Counted from the whole stretch's first letter, positions 26,277 to 40,445 are shown. The stretch is DNA of 60,756 bases, filler included, from Hausera hauseri (GCA_046269625.1; 12 parts of 12 records of this genome joined end to end with filler, not necessarily neighbours in it); one strand, 5' to 3'. The notes: generated from the letters alone by a model not told the origin. Numbers and translations: made by a program.

Positions 26277-28578
26277 TGTCAATTTTACAAATACTGCACT
26301 TCTGCAGTGCGCAATGAAGAAAATTGTCACAGAACAATGGAAACATATTACGGAGTTTCAATTTGTGGTTTTCATTATTATATATGCCCATTTTGTGAAA
26401 CTGTCTCGGGACTTTCTTATTCGGAATTTTTCAGGCAGCATGGACATCACCTGTCCGATTTCTGTGAAAAGAAGGAAAAGGTGATTTTTCAAAATCAAAA
26501 GAAGGCACGGAAGATGGGAGGAGAATTGTTTGATACTGCAATCAGACAGAATAAAGAACTATCAACCAGTACTGCATTACAAACAGGAGGAAGTCGAAAG
26601 CGTTCTTGTGTCACTTTGACCAGGAAATTTAATCAAGGAAGACAGAGACATGCAGATGGTGTTGCTTTTAAAAGTCGAATAAGGAAATTTGTACTACCTG
26701 CAACAGGTCAAAATGCATTTCAGGATTTTCTGGATTCCATTTTAAATGATTGAATAGGAATATTGGAAGACAATCTGAGGGCGCTGACGTCTGTAAAAGT
26801 TAATTTAATGCTAGANNNNNNNNNNAAGAAGCAAAAAGAGCATTTAAAACAAAAAACAAGCCAACTTTGGAAAATAATATTAGTGCATTTTTGAATAATG
26901 AGTTCAGACACCTTATACATGAAGCAGAAGAATCTCAGGAAAAAAACAGAGGTTGAACGCTTTTGGTGATTAAGAATTTCAGGTACATAAGTATTTTCCA
27001 TGTGGAGGAAGTTCTTACATTAAGCTTTATGACTGGATTGAAAATAAAAAGGGCATGTAATGTTAAGAACAGTGGTCAGTTGTATTTTATATATGCAATT
27101 TTAACAAAATTTATAAGTCGGGATGCTCAAAAGGAGGAATTATACAGAGACCTTTAGCATGACTATGATTTGTCATGTATCAGCTTTCCACCATCATTTT
27201 ATGATATTGGGAAATTTGAGAAAATAAATTCAATTTCAATATATTTGCCATCGATGATTCGCAGGAAATTTATCCATTCAAAGTATGCGAAAGTGAAGGA
27301 AGAGATCAAAAGGACTTGCTTCTATTAAACGAAGTGGCCATTAATCATGCATGGATCAAAAGCCTTTCACGACTGGTCTCCAAACAAATTTCCAACCACC
27401 GTGGAAATATTGAAGTGTGTAAAAGATGCTTGACACATTTCAATAATGAGACAGGTCAAATGAAAATACAAGTACACAAACTTTACTGCAATAAAAAGGA
27501 GTGCTACGAGTTCATTTTCCAAAGGAGAATTAAAGTATGTTTAAGGAGTGTGAAAAAATGTTTTGAGTACCAATAGTCATTTATTGTGAATTTGAAGCAA
27601 TATTAAACTCGATACCAGGATGTTATCAAAATCTTGATCAGTCCCATGCTACAGCTTATCAATTGCATGAACTGTCTTCATTTTGTATGCACGCAAAAGG
27701 ATTTAATGAAACCCCTTTTTTGTACAGAGGTCTAGGAGCGGCTTTTTTATTTATGAAGAGATTGGAGAATATCGCAAGTGCAATTCAAAATATGAAAACA
27801 CAACGCATGGTTATTACGTTGGCTGAAGACGTTGAATGGGAAAATGCCATTGATTTCTATATATTCAGTAACAGCTTTACTTTTGATGATAACAAAGTCA
27901 GAGATCATTGTCACATCACAGTCTATTTTAAAGGAGCCGCATGTAAATCATACAATTTACGATGTCGAACAATCAACTTTATTCCTGTTGTTTTTCACAA
28001 TTTCATTGGGTATGATTGCCACTGTCTTATTAGAGAATTAAGTGAAGCTGCGGGAAAGATTGATGTCATCCCTCATAGTGAAGAGATATATAACAATAAC
28101 TAAACACATGGGGAAAATGAATCTCAGATTTATTGACAGCTTCAAATTTATGAGTGCGTCACTTGACAGTTTAGTCAAAAACCTTTCATCGATTTATTTT
28201 AAAGAAACAAGAAAAATTTTTTCTGCAGCACTTTTTGACTTAGTAAAGCGTGAAGGTGGTTTCTCCTATGATTACGTTACATAATGGGGCAAATTAGACG
28301 AAAGTTCACTACCAGACAAAAAGGAATTTTACAGATCACTATTAAATTCAGACATTAGCTATGATGATTATAATCATGCGCAGGCTTTCGATTGTAAATA
28401 AATGTGACAACAGCGATACATATCTTAAAACTGATGTTACTCCTTGCCGAAATATTCGATAGCTTCAGGGATGTTACCATAGGAAATCACAAACTGGACA
28501 CTGCACATTTCTTTACTGTTCTGGGAATGTTATGGGCGGCAATGGTCAGATATACTGGACTAAAATTGCAGATACTCA
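26277..28578 (+). pseudogene. Polinton/adintovirus-type protein-primed PolB relic (N-terminal half), copy E
   Basis: Cys/His module, then AFKSRI, SVKVNL, vOTU-like NVKNSGQLYFIYAIL, CKRCLTHF, endonuclease-VII/HNH motif VRDHCHIT...GAAC, and exonuclease motifs VVFHNFIGYDCH, LRFIDSFKFMSASLDSLVKNL, KTDV. Confidence 0.9.
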
Positions 28579-28678
28579 NNNNNNNNNNNNNNNNNNNNNN
28601 NNNNNNNNNNNNNNNNNNNNNNTTAATTAATTAANNNNNNNNNNNNNNNNNNNNNNNNNNNNNNNNNNNNNNNNNNNN

Positions 28679-29035
28679 TATGGGGAATAAGCAGGGAATA
28701 TAGCAGGATTATAGTGAATAAGAAGGGAATATATGAGTATTATGGGGAATATGAAGGGAATAAAGAGGGTTTATGGAGGATAATAGAGAATAAGGAGGGA
28801 ATATATGAGAAATAAATGGAGAATATAGGGAATATATGGCAGTATAGGAAAATATATTGGTAATATAAGGAAAAGGGAAGGAATATATGAGTAACGTATG
28901 AGGAATATACAGCTAGAATATAGCTTGTGTGTGCATGAGTAAAATGAAATAACTTGGAAAATGTATTGGATAAAATATATCGTGTTTGTGTGCATGTGTT
29001 CCTTTGCGGGTAAAATGAAGTAACTTGGGAAATGA
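28679..29035. repeat. GGAATATA-type low-complexity array plus GTAAAATGAAGTAACTTGGGAAATG minisatellite
   Basis: Degenerate tandem units. The minisatellite recurs at 35110-35370, behind PolB copy A. Confidence 0.75.
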
Positions 29036-29040
29036 ATCGA

Positions 29041-30500
29041 ATTCGGATTCTACATATGTCGTTTCCTATCTGTGTGCGCTATTAGAGTTATCGATTTCAG
29101 TGTGCTTCACATTCAAATTCATACTTTAAGATTACCAAATTAATTAAAACAAATAAGCACCGTTGAATTATATAATATTTATTGCATAATTTTCATCATA
29201 TTGACAAATCTTGTTTTAATCGACAACGGTGCACTTCATGGCGCTAACTTTGATTCCCTTATACGTTTTCGCATATGGAGAATCTATTGGACTGATCAGA
29301 TTCTTCGAATAACATATGCTTAATCGATTTTTCGAGTTCAAAGTGATAATTATTCGAATTCAATTAATGTATTCGAATATCTAACACGAGATTCAGATTC
29401 TCCATATATTGGTTCCTTTCTGTCTGCGCTTAAAGGTTTATTGATTTCAGTTTGCTTCACCTCCAATTTTACCCTCAATTGTGCAATCAAAATAAGCACG
29501 GTTTAATTACTTCGTATTTTTATGTACTTTTTACTTGTTATTAAACCTTGTTTTGATACACCGCGGTGCGCTACATCGCGCCGATATTGATTGCCCTATA
29601 GGTTTTGGCGCGTGGAGAATCGATTGAAGCCATCAGATTCTTCGAATAATGCATGCTTGACCGATTTTTCGAGTTCGAATAGCTAAATATTTGACTTGAA
29701 AGCTCCAATTCGAATATCTGATGTCATACACCGATTCGACATACATGACTTCCTGTGTGCGCTTAATGACATCGATTTCCGCTTTACTAAGCTTTAAATG
29801 CACATTTTGCTTAATTCGAAATGTTGATTTTGTATCTATATAGCACATTTTCATGGAATAACTTTAATGTAAAAGTGGTATTCGGACATGAGGAACGCTT
29901 GCCGTTAGATTTTTCGAAAAGTTCAATATTCGAGACACAAAATTTTCGAATTTCGAATATTCGACTTGATATTCGAGATCGCCATACTCGACTTCCTATT
30001 TGTCCCCGCTAAATGTTGTATCGAATTTTGATTCCTTAGGACCTAAGAAATTATGGAAAGTCTGCACCAGTTACACTTTGGATCGATATTATTCGAAATC
30101 CACTCGATCGATTTAAATTCTAATTGCACATTCGCATAGTGCACCGTATTTTCAATTGACTGCACCCAATCTCATGTGCTAATCATCAATATTGGGAATA
30201 TGGGAAATCCGATATTATTGATTTTTGCACACTTGCACATGTGCAGTGCATCTGCACTGTGTGCCAATCGATGTGCACTAATGTGCACTATTGATTAGCA
30301 CTTTGCACCGATCGATTCGATCAATACTGCACTGTGCTGCTGTCAATTTGTGAAATGTGCAAATATGTGCATAGCAACGGTGCCTAACGGCAGCGTCGCC
30401 TAGCACATTACCGATCGATAATGCTCCGTGTGCACTATCGATTGGCACGTGCAAATTTATTTATCGATTACCCCCTCCCCGGAGGAGGGGGTGGTGCAGA
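29041..30500 (+). mobile_element. Helitron-like non-autonomous element: ~350-bp diverged tandem units, GTGCAC-rich core, 3' GC hairpin
   Basis: Units start near 29041, 29391, 29730 and 29971. The first two share ATCAGATTCTTCGAATAA and GATTTTTCGAGTTC. Hairpin ACCCCCTCC-CCGGA-GGAGGGGGT at 30470-30492. Confidence 0.55.
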
Positions 30501-30974
30501 CTTCCCATTTATCTCCTACTCCCATAATAATGCTGAAATATGCTTTTTTGGGTTTATAATTGCAAGTTTTATTTTTAATTTAACAAAGTCAGTATTATTA
30601 TGGTTCAATAATCGAACAAAATGTAATCTATAAACAATTAAATGTCGGAAAACCTTTGTAGACCAAATGTTTGGTGAGCAAAATGTTTGGAACAGTCTCG
30701 AAATGAATAAAAAATTAAAAAATTCAATAATATTCGGTCAAACATGCATTGTTGGAAAAATCTGATCACTCCATTCGATTGTATGAAAACCTATTTGGCG
30801 CGCACATGCATTTAATTTATGATGCATTAAAACAAAATGTTCTAGAATGTTCAAAAAAAACCATAAATGAGGCAGTATGCATTGATATGACTATATGTTT
30901 CATTATTTCCAAAATCACTTCCACGAATAGTGAGATTTTTATTTGTGCTTCTCAAATAATTGGTTGATTTTTAG

Positions 30975-33900
30975 ATGTGCAATCTATACAAACAGTGCTT
31001 GGCTCAAATCCACGAGCCTGGATATTGCCACATTATGCAGAAATACTTCAGCCATCTATACAACAGGGCTGAGTATTATATATGCCCTACATGTGAGGCA
31101 GTGTGCCAGACCAAATATGAAGACTTTTACAATGCTCATAAACAACATCTGATTCCTTTCACCAAGTCAAAAAAACAAATATTCAATACTACTATACCAA
31201 TAATGACTTCCATGCCTAAGCAAAATCAAAGTTGCAGTTCATACGCGTATTGCACATGTGCAATACACAGCCCTCAGAACTGTCATAATGCCATGAGGAG
31301 CTATTATGGATAAAAATTCAATAGGATCCTTTATTATATATGCCCAGTATGTGAGACTGTATGTGGCGCAGATTACATACAGTTTTATTATGATCACAAA
31401 CATCATTTGAGTCACTTCGTATCAAAGCCAAAGAAGGCCATCTTTAACGAGCAACATAATTTTGATGCATCTGCTTCGCAGTATGATGCTTCGCAGTATT
31501 CTGCCTCGCATTATGCTTCTGGATCTGGTGCAACAGCCGCGAAGCATATTAGAGAATTGAAACGCGCAGCTGCATCATGCGCAGCAGTATCAGGCACGGC
31601 CACATCAGATGCACCGGCTCCATCAAAAAGCCCAAAACAGCAGTCAGTTGATACGGCAGCATTAAAGAGAAAATGACACAGACATGTTATTGAGGTAACT
31701 GATCAAACAACCCTCCAAAACTTCCTCTTATACACAAAGGACGCGACAGAGGGAATTCTTCAGGACAACATAGCTGAGCTGAAAGCTCTTAATGTGAATC
31801 TTATAGGGCCTTCAAGACCAAAAATAGACCAATATTGGAAAATACCAATAAAGCAGAATGGATGCAAAAGGTGCACGAGAAGCTGATCCACGAGGCTGAG
31901 GAGAGCCAGGATAAGAAGAGTGGATGAACCCTGGCAGCCATCAAGAGACTGCTTATGTATGTGCACAAGGACTACTCTATGCGGGCAGTTCATATATTCA
32001 GCTCCCTAGATAGATTCAGCAGGAAAAGGCATGCATCAATGTCCATAATAATGACAACATGTGTTTCATGTATGCCATTCTATCAAAACTCGTACGGGAT
32101 CAACATAATGCTTCACGACTTTGGCTATATAAGGATGTACATCACAAATATCACTTCCAATGTATTAAGTTCCCGCCATCCGTAGATGAAGTCAGGAAGT
32201 TCAGTCGAATCAACAATATATCCATCAATATTATCGGATTGGATAATGAAGACAAATTCTATTCACTGCAGATATGCGATATTGAATGGCATCTTCTTAT
32301 AGGGATCTCCTTCTACTAGACAATGGGAAAATGAAACATTATTTTTGGTTCAAGAACTTTGAGTTCCTAGTCAGATCTCAAATTACGAAACACACAACAA
32401 GAATCAAAATATGCAAACGATGCTTTTCCCATTTCAAGGGCAATGGGGCCGTGGACAAGCTTGCAGAGTAAAACATGTACTGTAACAACAATTATTGTAT
32501 CAATCCAGAATTTCCCAAGGAGGACTACATTGAATTCAAAGATTTCGAGTAGAAGATCAAGGTCCAAATAGTTATCTATTGCGACTTTGAAGCGATCCTG
32601 CGTCCAGTTCACAGCTGCAGCCCCAATGCCCAACATAGCAGCACAACGGCATACTAATATCATGAACTCTCATCATATTGTATGTATGCCACAGGACTGG
32701 ACAGTGAACCATATCTATTTAGAGGTCCAGGCGCAGCAGCACATTTCATGAAACGACTTGAAGATATGGCTTGTAGACTTGGTGATATGTTGCAGCAGCA
32801 TAAGGATACAATGAGCATGTCGAAGAAGCAAGAAGAAGAATGGCGCAAGGCAACAGCATGTTATTTGTGCTCCAAATCATTCACTGAAGAGAAATATAAA
32901 GTCAGAAATCATTGCCATTTTACAGGCAAATATCGAGGCACGGAATCCAACAGCCGCAATCTGCGTTGCAAAACACATACATGTGTCTGTAGTGTTCCAT
33001 AATCTCAGTGGCTATGATTCTCATTATACTGTTTGGGAACTAGGCAACATTGAAGGAAACATTAAGGCGATCCCTAATAGTGAGAAGTACATCACCTTTA
33101 CGAAGCATGTTGCGAAAATCAGGCTTCGCTTCGTAGACAATTTCCGTTTCATGCCGTCTTCACTTGACAGTTTAGTGAATTACCTCTTTGCAGAAGAACT
33201 GAAGAAGACGAAGCGGTTCTTTCCCATTACATTTGACCTCTTCAAGAGGAAGGGCGTGTTTCCCTTTGACTACATAACCACATGGAAAACGCTGGATAAG
33301 ACGTCATTGCCAGCCAAGAAGGATGTTTACAATATCCTCGCTGATTGCGATATCAGTGTTGCTGACTACCAGCATGCTCAGAACTTCTGTGATGCATTCC
33401 AATGCCAAACATTAAGAGAATACAGCGACATATACCTCAAGACGGACGTGCTGCTGCTGACGGATTTCTTTGAGAGTTTCAAGGATGTTATGATAAAGAG
33501 CCATGCATTGGATCCGGACATTTATTTACAGCTCCAGGGATGAGTTGAGCAGCTATGCTGTGCTATATAGGTATTAGGCTGCAGATCATAAGGGATTACG
33601 ACATGATCCTTATGATCGAGAGAAACATTAGAGGTGAAATATTCCAGGTCATTCACCGGTATAGCTAGGTCAACAACAATTATATGGCCCAGTATGATCA
33701 ATCCGAAGAATCCTCATACATATAATACCTGGATGCCAACAACTTGTATGAATGGGCAATGAGAGCCCCACTAGCATATTATAACTTTAAGTGGTTCGAG
33801 CATCCTGAAAACATCCCTGTACTGGACCTGTATCCTAGTGGAGATACGGGCTACATACTGGAGGTGGATATGGAATCCGGCTTCTATCCACACAATGCAT

Positions 33901-34915
33901 CAACAGCTGCCTTTCCTCCCTGAGAGTAAGCCTCCGCCCCATGGAAAGCATAGAAAGCTTCTCTGCCATATGGAGAGTAGAGAGAGGTATGTGGTCTACT
34001 ACATAAATCTTTTGTAAGGTGTTAGACATGGACTCCGCATTACTAAGATCCATAGAGCACTGCATTTCAGCCACTTCATGTGGCTGCAGCCCTACATAGA
34101 CCTCAATACAAAGCTGCGGACAAATGCCAAGAACGATTTTGAGAATGACTACTTCAAGCTTCACAACAACAGCGCATTTGGCAAGACTGTGGAAAACATC
34201 CGCAACAGGATCAACATTGAACTGGTCTCTGAGTGGAAGCGGGCAAAGAAGCTCATTGCCAAGCTCAATGTCCACAGCAGCAACATATATGCTGAGAACG
34301 TGGTCAGCATTCATATGCTGAAAACATCGCTTGAGTTTAACAAGCCCATTATGTGGGTATGACAATACTGGAGCTGTCAAAGACCTTGATGTACAAATTC
34401 AACTATAACATTATTATCCCCACATTCAAGTCCATACAGCTGATGTATATGGATACTGATAATTTCATCTATCAGATACATACTGAGGATATTTATAAGA
34501 ACTTTCTTAAGTTGGCACACATATGGATACGTCTGACTATCCGAAGGTGCATCTCAATTATTCAATTACCAACAAGAAAGCCCTCGGAAAATTCAAAGAC
34601 GAGGTGAATGGGGCAATCATTTCGAAATTTGTAGCTCTTAGATCCAAAATATATGCAACTGATTTATGTGATCAGATCAAAAAGAGAGATAAGAGCGTTC
34701 AAAGGGCTACCTTAGCCAAGATCACTTTTGCGAATTATGTGAGAGTTCTGCATGAGAAAACTCATAACATGTCACAGATGCGAAGGATGCAGTCTAGGAA
34801 TCATAACGTTGAGACAGTAACATTACAAAAAAAGAGCCTAGATTGGATGGATGACAAAAGACAGATCCTGGATGATGGAATAAGCACACTACCTCACGGA
34901 CATGTGGCATTGTAA
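30975..34915 (+). pseudogene. Near full-length protein-primed PolB relic, copy A
   Basis: Two Cys/His modules, vOTU-like INVHNNDNMCFMYAIL...HYFW, IYCDFEA, VRNHCHFTGKYRG, VFHNLSGYDSH, RKGVFPFDY, YLDANNLY, KLHNNSAFGKTVEN, YMDTD, ALGKFKDE, DDKR and TLPHGH. AATAAA near 34944. Confidence 0.95.
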
Positions 34916-35109
34916 ATATGTACTTATTGTTATTCCTTGATAAATAAATATTTTATAGAAATATCGTATTGTTTTCTTGATCAAGTAATGTGGAATATAG
35001 GCTAAGGCCAAGTAAAACTAAGTAACTACTATGTAGGATAAGGCCAACTAATTTTATAACACATTTGCTTCATAACAATATAACTTTGGCATAACGTTAA
35101 ACACTTTTA

Positions 35110-35660
35110 TAGTGTGTGCTTGTGTGTTTGTATGCGTAAAATGAAGTAACTTGAGAAATGAATTGGCTACGATATATGTCTGTGTGTGAGTGCGTGTTTG
35201 TGTGCATGTGTGTGTGCCGGTAAAATGAAGTAACTTGGGAAATGAATTGTCTATGATATATGTCTGTATGTGTGAATGGGTGTTTTTATGCATGTGTTTG
35301 TGTGCATGTGTGTGCGGGTATAATGAATTGGCTATGATATACGTCTGTGTGTATGTGCGCGCAAGTGTGTGTAAAATACAACTAATATGGGTGATATTTA
35401 ACTAATGTGAGTAATATGACTAATACAATTAATATCTGTAATACAAGTAATATGGGTAATCTGCAGGTACTATATACGTAATATGCTGGTAATATAGCTA
35501 ATGAAGATAATATGTAGGTAACATATGTCCTATCAAGGTAATGCATGTGAAACTATTCAATACATTAATCAAGGCAATAATCAATAGTCTCACTAATATA
35601 CTCATCAATAAATCAATGCACTAATCAATACACTAATCAATACTGTAATCAATACAAGAT
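35110..35660. repeat. Spacer of TG-rich minisatellite (~80-bp units) and TAATAT/TAATCAATA repeats
   Basis: Repeated GTAAAATGAAGTAACTTG.GAAATGAATTG.CTA.GATATATGTCTGT units followed by short AT-rich tandem repeats. Confidence 0.75.
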
Positions 35661-35692
35661 TTATTAAACAAAGAATAACAATATGTACATAT

Positions 35693-37703
35693 TTACAATG
35701 CCACACGTCCGTGAGGTAGTGTATGAATTCCACCACCCAGAATCTGCCTCTTGTCATCCATCCAATCTATGCTTTTCTTCTGTAGTGATACTGTCTCAAT
35801 GTTATGATCCATAGACTGTATCCTTCGCATATCCAATATGATGTGAGTCTGCTCATGCAGAACTCTCACATAATCCACAAAAGTGATCTTTTTGGTTAAG
35901 GTAGCCCTTTGAACGCCCTTAGCTCTCTTTTTGATCTGACCACATATATCAATTGTATACATTTTGGACCTAAGAGCTACAAATCTCGAGATCATTGCCC
36001 CATTCACCTCGTCTTTGGATTTACCAAGGACTTTCTTGTTGGTAATTGAATAGTTGGGATGCTCCTTCGGATAGTCATACGTATCCATATGCTGTGCCAA
36101 CTTAGCAAAGTCCTCATAAATGTCCTCTAGTATGGATCTGATAGATAAAAGTATCAGTATCCATGTACATCAGCTATATGGACTTGAATGTGGGGACCAT
36201 GATGTCGTAGTGGAATTTGTGCATCAGGATCTTTGACAGGTTTAGTATTGCCATACCCACACATGGGCTTGTTGAATTGCAAGGATGTTTTCAGTATATG
36301 GATGCTGACCAAGTTCTCAGAATATAAGATGCTGCTGTGGAAGTTAGGCTTGGCAATGAGCTTTTTTGCTTGCTTCCACTCACATACCAGTTCGATGTTG
36401 ATTCTGTTGCGGATATTCTTCATGGTCTTGCCAAAACGTTGTTTTTGTACGGCTTGAACTGGTCCTTCTGAAAGTCGTTCTTGGCATTGGTCCGCAGCTT
36501 CGTATCAGATTTATGTACGGCTGCAGCCAGTTGGACTGGCTGAACTGCAGGGCTGTATGGATCTTAGTGACGCGGAGTCCATTCCTGACCGCTTGGTGGA
36601 GATTTATGTAGTGGACTACATACCTCTCCCTATTATTTGGATGGCAGAGCAGCTTTCTATGCTTCTCATGGGGTGGAGGCTTGCTCTCAGGGAGGAAAGG
36701 CAGCTGTTGAAAGAAGCCGGATATTCCATATCCACCTCCAGCATGTATCCCGTATCTCCAGTCGGATCCAGATCCAGTATAGTGATGTTTTCAGGATGCT
36801 TGATCCACTTGAAGTCATCATATGGAAATAGGGCGCTCATGGCCCATCCATACAAGTTGTTCACATCCAGGTATGATATATGCGGATTCCTTTGATGGAT
36901 CATACTGGGCCATATACTTATTGTTGGCCTCGCTATACCGGTGAATGGCCTGACATATTTCACCTCTAATGCCTCTCTCAATCATGAGGATCATGTCGTA
37001 ATCCTTTATGATCTGGAGCCTAATACCTGTATAGTGCAGCATAGCTGCCCAACTCAGTCCTAGAGCCGTAAAGAAATGAGCTGGATCAAATGCATGGCTC
37101 TTCATCGTAACATCCATAAAGCTCTCAAAAACATCCGTCAGAAGCTTTACGTCCGTCTTAAAGTATATGTCGCTGTGTTCCTCTAATGTTTGGCATTGCA
37201 ATGCATGCCAGACGTTCTGGGCATGCTGGTAGTCCTCATCACTGATATCGCAATATGAAAGGATATTGTAAAAGACCTTGGCCGGAAATAATGTCTCATC
37301 CAGTGTTTCCCATGATGTGATGTAATCATAGGGAAACACGCCTTTCCTTTTGACTAGTTCAAATGTAGTGGGAAAGAATCGCTTCGTCTCCTTAAGTTCT
37401 CCTGCAGGGAGGTTCTTCACTAAAGTATCCAGTGACGACGACATGAAACGGAAGCTGTCAACGAAGCGAATCCTGATTTTCCCAGTATCCTTTATAAAGG
37501 TGATATACCTCTCCTCACTATTAGGGATCACATCAATGTTTCCTTCAATGTTTCCCAGTTCCCTCACAATGAAATGGGAATCATAACCACTGAGGTTGTG
37601 AAACACTATAGGCACATATGTACATGTTTTGCAGCGTAGATTGCAGTTGTTGCATGCCGCGCCCAGATGTGTGCCTGTAAAATGGCAATGATCCCTGACC
37701 TTA
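35693..37703 (-). pseudogene. Protein-primed PolB relic, copy B (convergent with copy A)
   Basis: VRDHCHFTGTHLGAACNNCNL, VFHNLSGYDSH, KRKGVFPYDY, GIRGEI, YLDVNNLYGWAM, MDTD and DDKRQIL. Closely related to copy A. Confidence 0.95.
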
Positions 37704-37803
37704 NNNNNNNNNNNNNNNNNNNNNNNNNNNNNNNNNNNNNNNNNNNNTTAATTAATTAANNNNNNNNNNNNNNNNNNNNNNNNNNNNNNNNNNNNNNNNN
37801 NNN

Positions 37804-38103
<300 letters not shown>

Positions 38104-38398
38104 TCAGCAATTTTCTCATATTATTAATCATCATTATATTTTGCATGTCTCTCTAACTATTTGTTATAAAAATGACCCAAATTTACAGTACAATCCTTCA
38201 TTTATGGTACTTGTACAATATTCACCACCTCCGCTAAATTATGAATTTTAAGAAGTTCCCTAAAAACAAAGACATATGCTGCAATTGTGGAAACACCGGT
38301 CACGTTCTGAGAAACGTTAAAAAGTCTCTATTTTTGCAGCAATCAAATTACATCCACTTCGTGTGTCAGTCGATTAATGTCAAACGAAAACAACTCAC

Positions 38399-38750
38399 CT
38401 TAACGCACCAATTAACGATCCGTAATTCGGTCACCAAGGAATGTCATACGCTGCAGCAAAATTTATCCAGAATTTTAAAAGTTTAAACAACACTTCATGT
38501 TTACTCGGTGTTCCACAATTTTTTCCAAATTCATATCCATATAAGATTGGTGATTAACATTCTTATTAATTTCCTATAGTTGTTTCGGTGTTAAATCGGG
38601 ATTGCCGTAGTTTGTCGAATTCCAGATATGAATAATTTCCGTTCGATTGTAATAAACCGGAATTGATATGCCCGATTTTATATTGCTAATGTAAACGATA
38701 AACGAAACAACAACGAATAGAAATAAAATGGTTAAGACGATTTTCAGCAT
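38399..38750 (-). pseudogene. First exon of a LicD/fukutin-related type II membrane transferase
   Basis: MLKIVLTILFLFVVVSFIVY signal anchor. After a stop and a frameshift it reads LFKLLKFWINFAAAYDIPW*PNYGSLIGALR (LicD YWLxxGTLLGAxR motif), ending at a GTGAGT donor. Confidence 0.75.
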
Positions 38751-39901
38751 TCGAATTGAACTAATTACCGATACGGAAAACGACTGTGCAAATGTGTCGT
38801 ATAAATAAATTATCAACAACAAATGCAGCTCACAAGTGACAATTCAGATTATGACAACAAGCGATGGCGTCAATAAAATAACACAATCGGCAGCCCACAA
38901 CAAAGCCATTCTACGCGTCTGATTGGATGTTGGTTAGAGCTTTGTATATTAACAGTTCAAAATTAATCGAAAGTATACTGCGTTGAATGATCATTAAATT
39001 TGACATAAAATTTGCAGTGCCGGTTTTCAATCAGCATCGACTACATGAAACTATATCAGTCGGAACTGTCATTGCTGGTATTTCACACGTTGGATAATAT
39101 TGCTAAAGGTCATGTATTATTAAAAAGTACAATTTTGTTAATTCAGCAAAGTTGACATTTCATAAAAGTGTTTTGTTTTAAATTAACACAAAACTTCGCG
39201 TATATTTTTCGATTTAATGCTGGGGAGTCACTTACTCAGGAAGTACCGATATCATAAAAATTATTATCCAGACGTCAGAAATTTCTGAATAACTGTAAAA
39301 GATAACAAAAAAGAAAAGTATTGTTGTCATCGGTTCACCGACATAGGCGCTAATGACGAAAGCTTATTGAAATAGGACAAATTAGTTCCACATATTAATG
39401 AAATTTCGGAATTTGTGATAACATTTTAGTCATATCAGATATCAGAATTTGTGCAAAATTTAAAATGATGTTTTGCTGATATTTAATTAAGTCTACACTT
39501 AATAAACATATACACTGGAGAAAACCAAATTTGTTTTACTTCAAACTTAAAATTGATACAAAGCTAAGACTTTCTGAATGTTCATGTTCAAATGTTAAGG
39601 CAGATAAAGTAGAAAATTCCTCTGTATGTTTGTGTTCTTCGCGAACAAAACGTTTATTCATATTATTTAATCAGCATAAAACGTTGTACTTGTAAAAACC
39701 TTGATTAGCAGAATAGTTCCTAGTCAGGATAAATTGAAGACGTGTTCATGGGAACAAAGCTACTGAAGAAATGTTTAGTTCAATTACTCTTCTTTGATGA
39801 AAATTACTTTTTTTTACTCCATCCAAGTTTTTTGTCAAAAATAATTTTTTTAAGTTTTTGTTAATTGATACCTAGTTAACCCACCTTTTCTTGGTTTCGT
39901 T

Positions 39902-40057
39902 CAGTGACGTGTCAAAGTGGGGGGGGGTGTTAAAAGCCTCCATGGAATCTGAATTCAAGATTATTAATTTATATTTGGTGACGTTTAAAAAATTTTTTTT
40001 TGGTATTCCGTAATAGCACACAAACCTCCTTTCGGAAAAATCCAAGTGACGCCATTG
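39902..40057. mobile_element. hAT-type MITE (156 bp)
   Basis: Ends CAGTGACGT and ACGCCATTG (imperfect TIR), with an 8-bp TSD GTTTCGTT/GTTTCATT. Confidence 0.7.
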
Positions 40058-40445
40058 GTTTCATTTATTAAATTCATATTTTTTCTATGCATGAACAGAT
40101 GGTTTTTATTTGACAATGCATCTGAATCATATCAATAATTATTTGAGTTTCGTGTCAATAAAAACCAAAAAAGCCAAGACGTAACCATAACAAACAATCT
40201 CGGTTGGTTTAATTTAAGTAAACGATCAAGCGATTATTTCGAACATTTTTAGTAAGTACTGAATCTATGTTATCGAATGATTTGTTATCTGAAGAATATT
40301 CATAAGAACACTGTATTTTAGTTTAGTCAATGATGATTAAATTTTCACATTAAGCGTTTCGATATTTTAAGTTTCGTTTCCTATTATTTCGATGACAGTA
40401 GTATAAAAAGCTGGTGGACAATAAAAATTTTCAATAATTTCAATT

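Noticed and set aside
38241-38486. Plus-strand ORF with CCNCGNTGH zinc-knuckle-like motif
   Set aside because: It lacks the final Cys in frame and overlaps the LicD-like exon/intron on the opposite strand, so it is probably coincidental.
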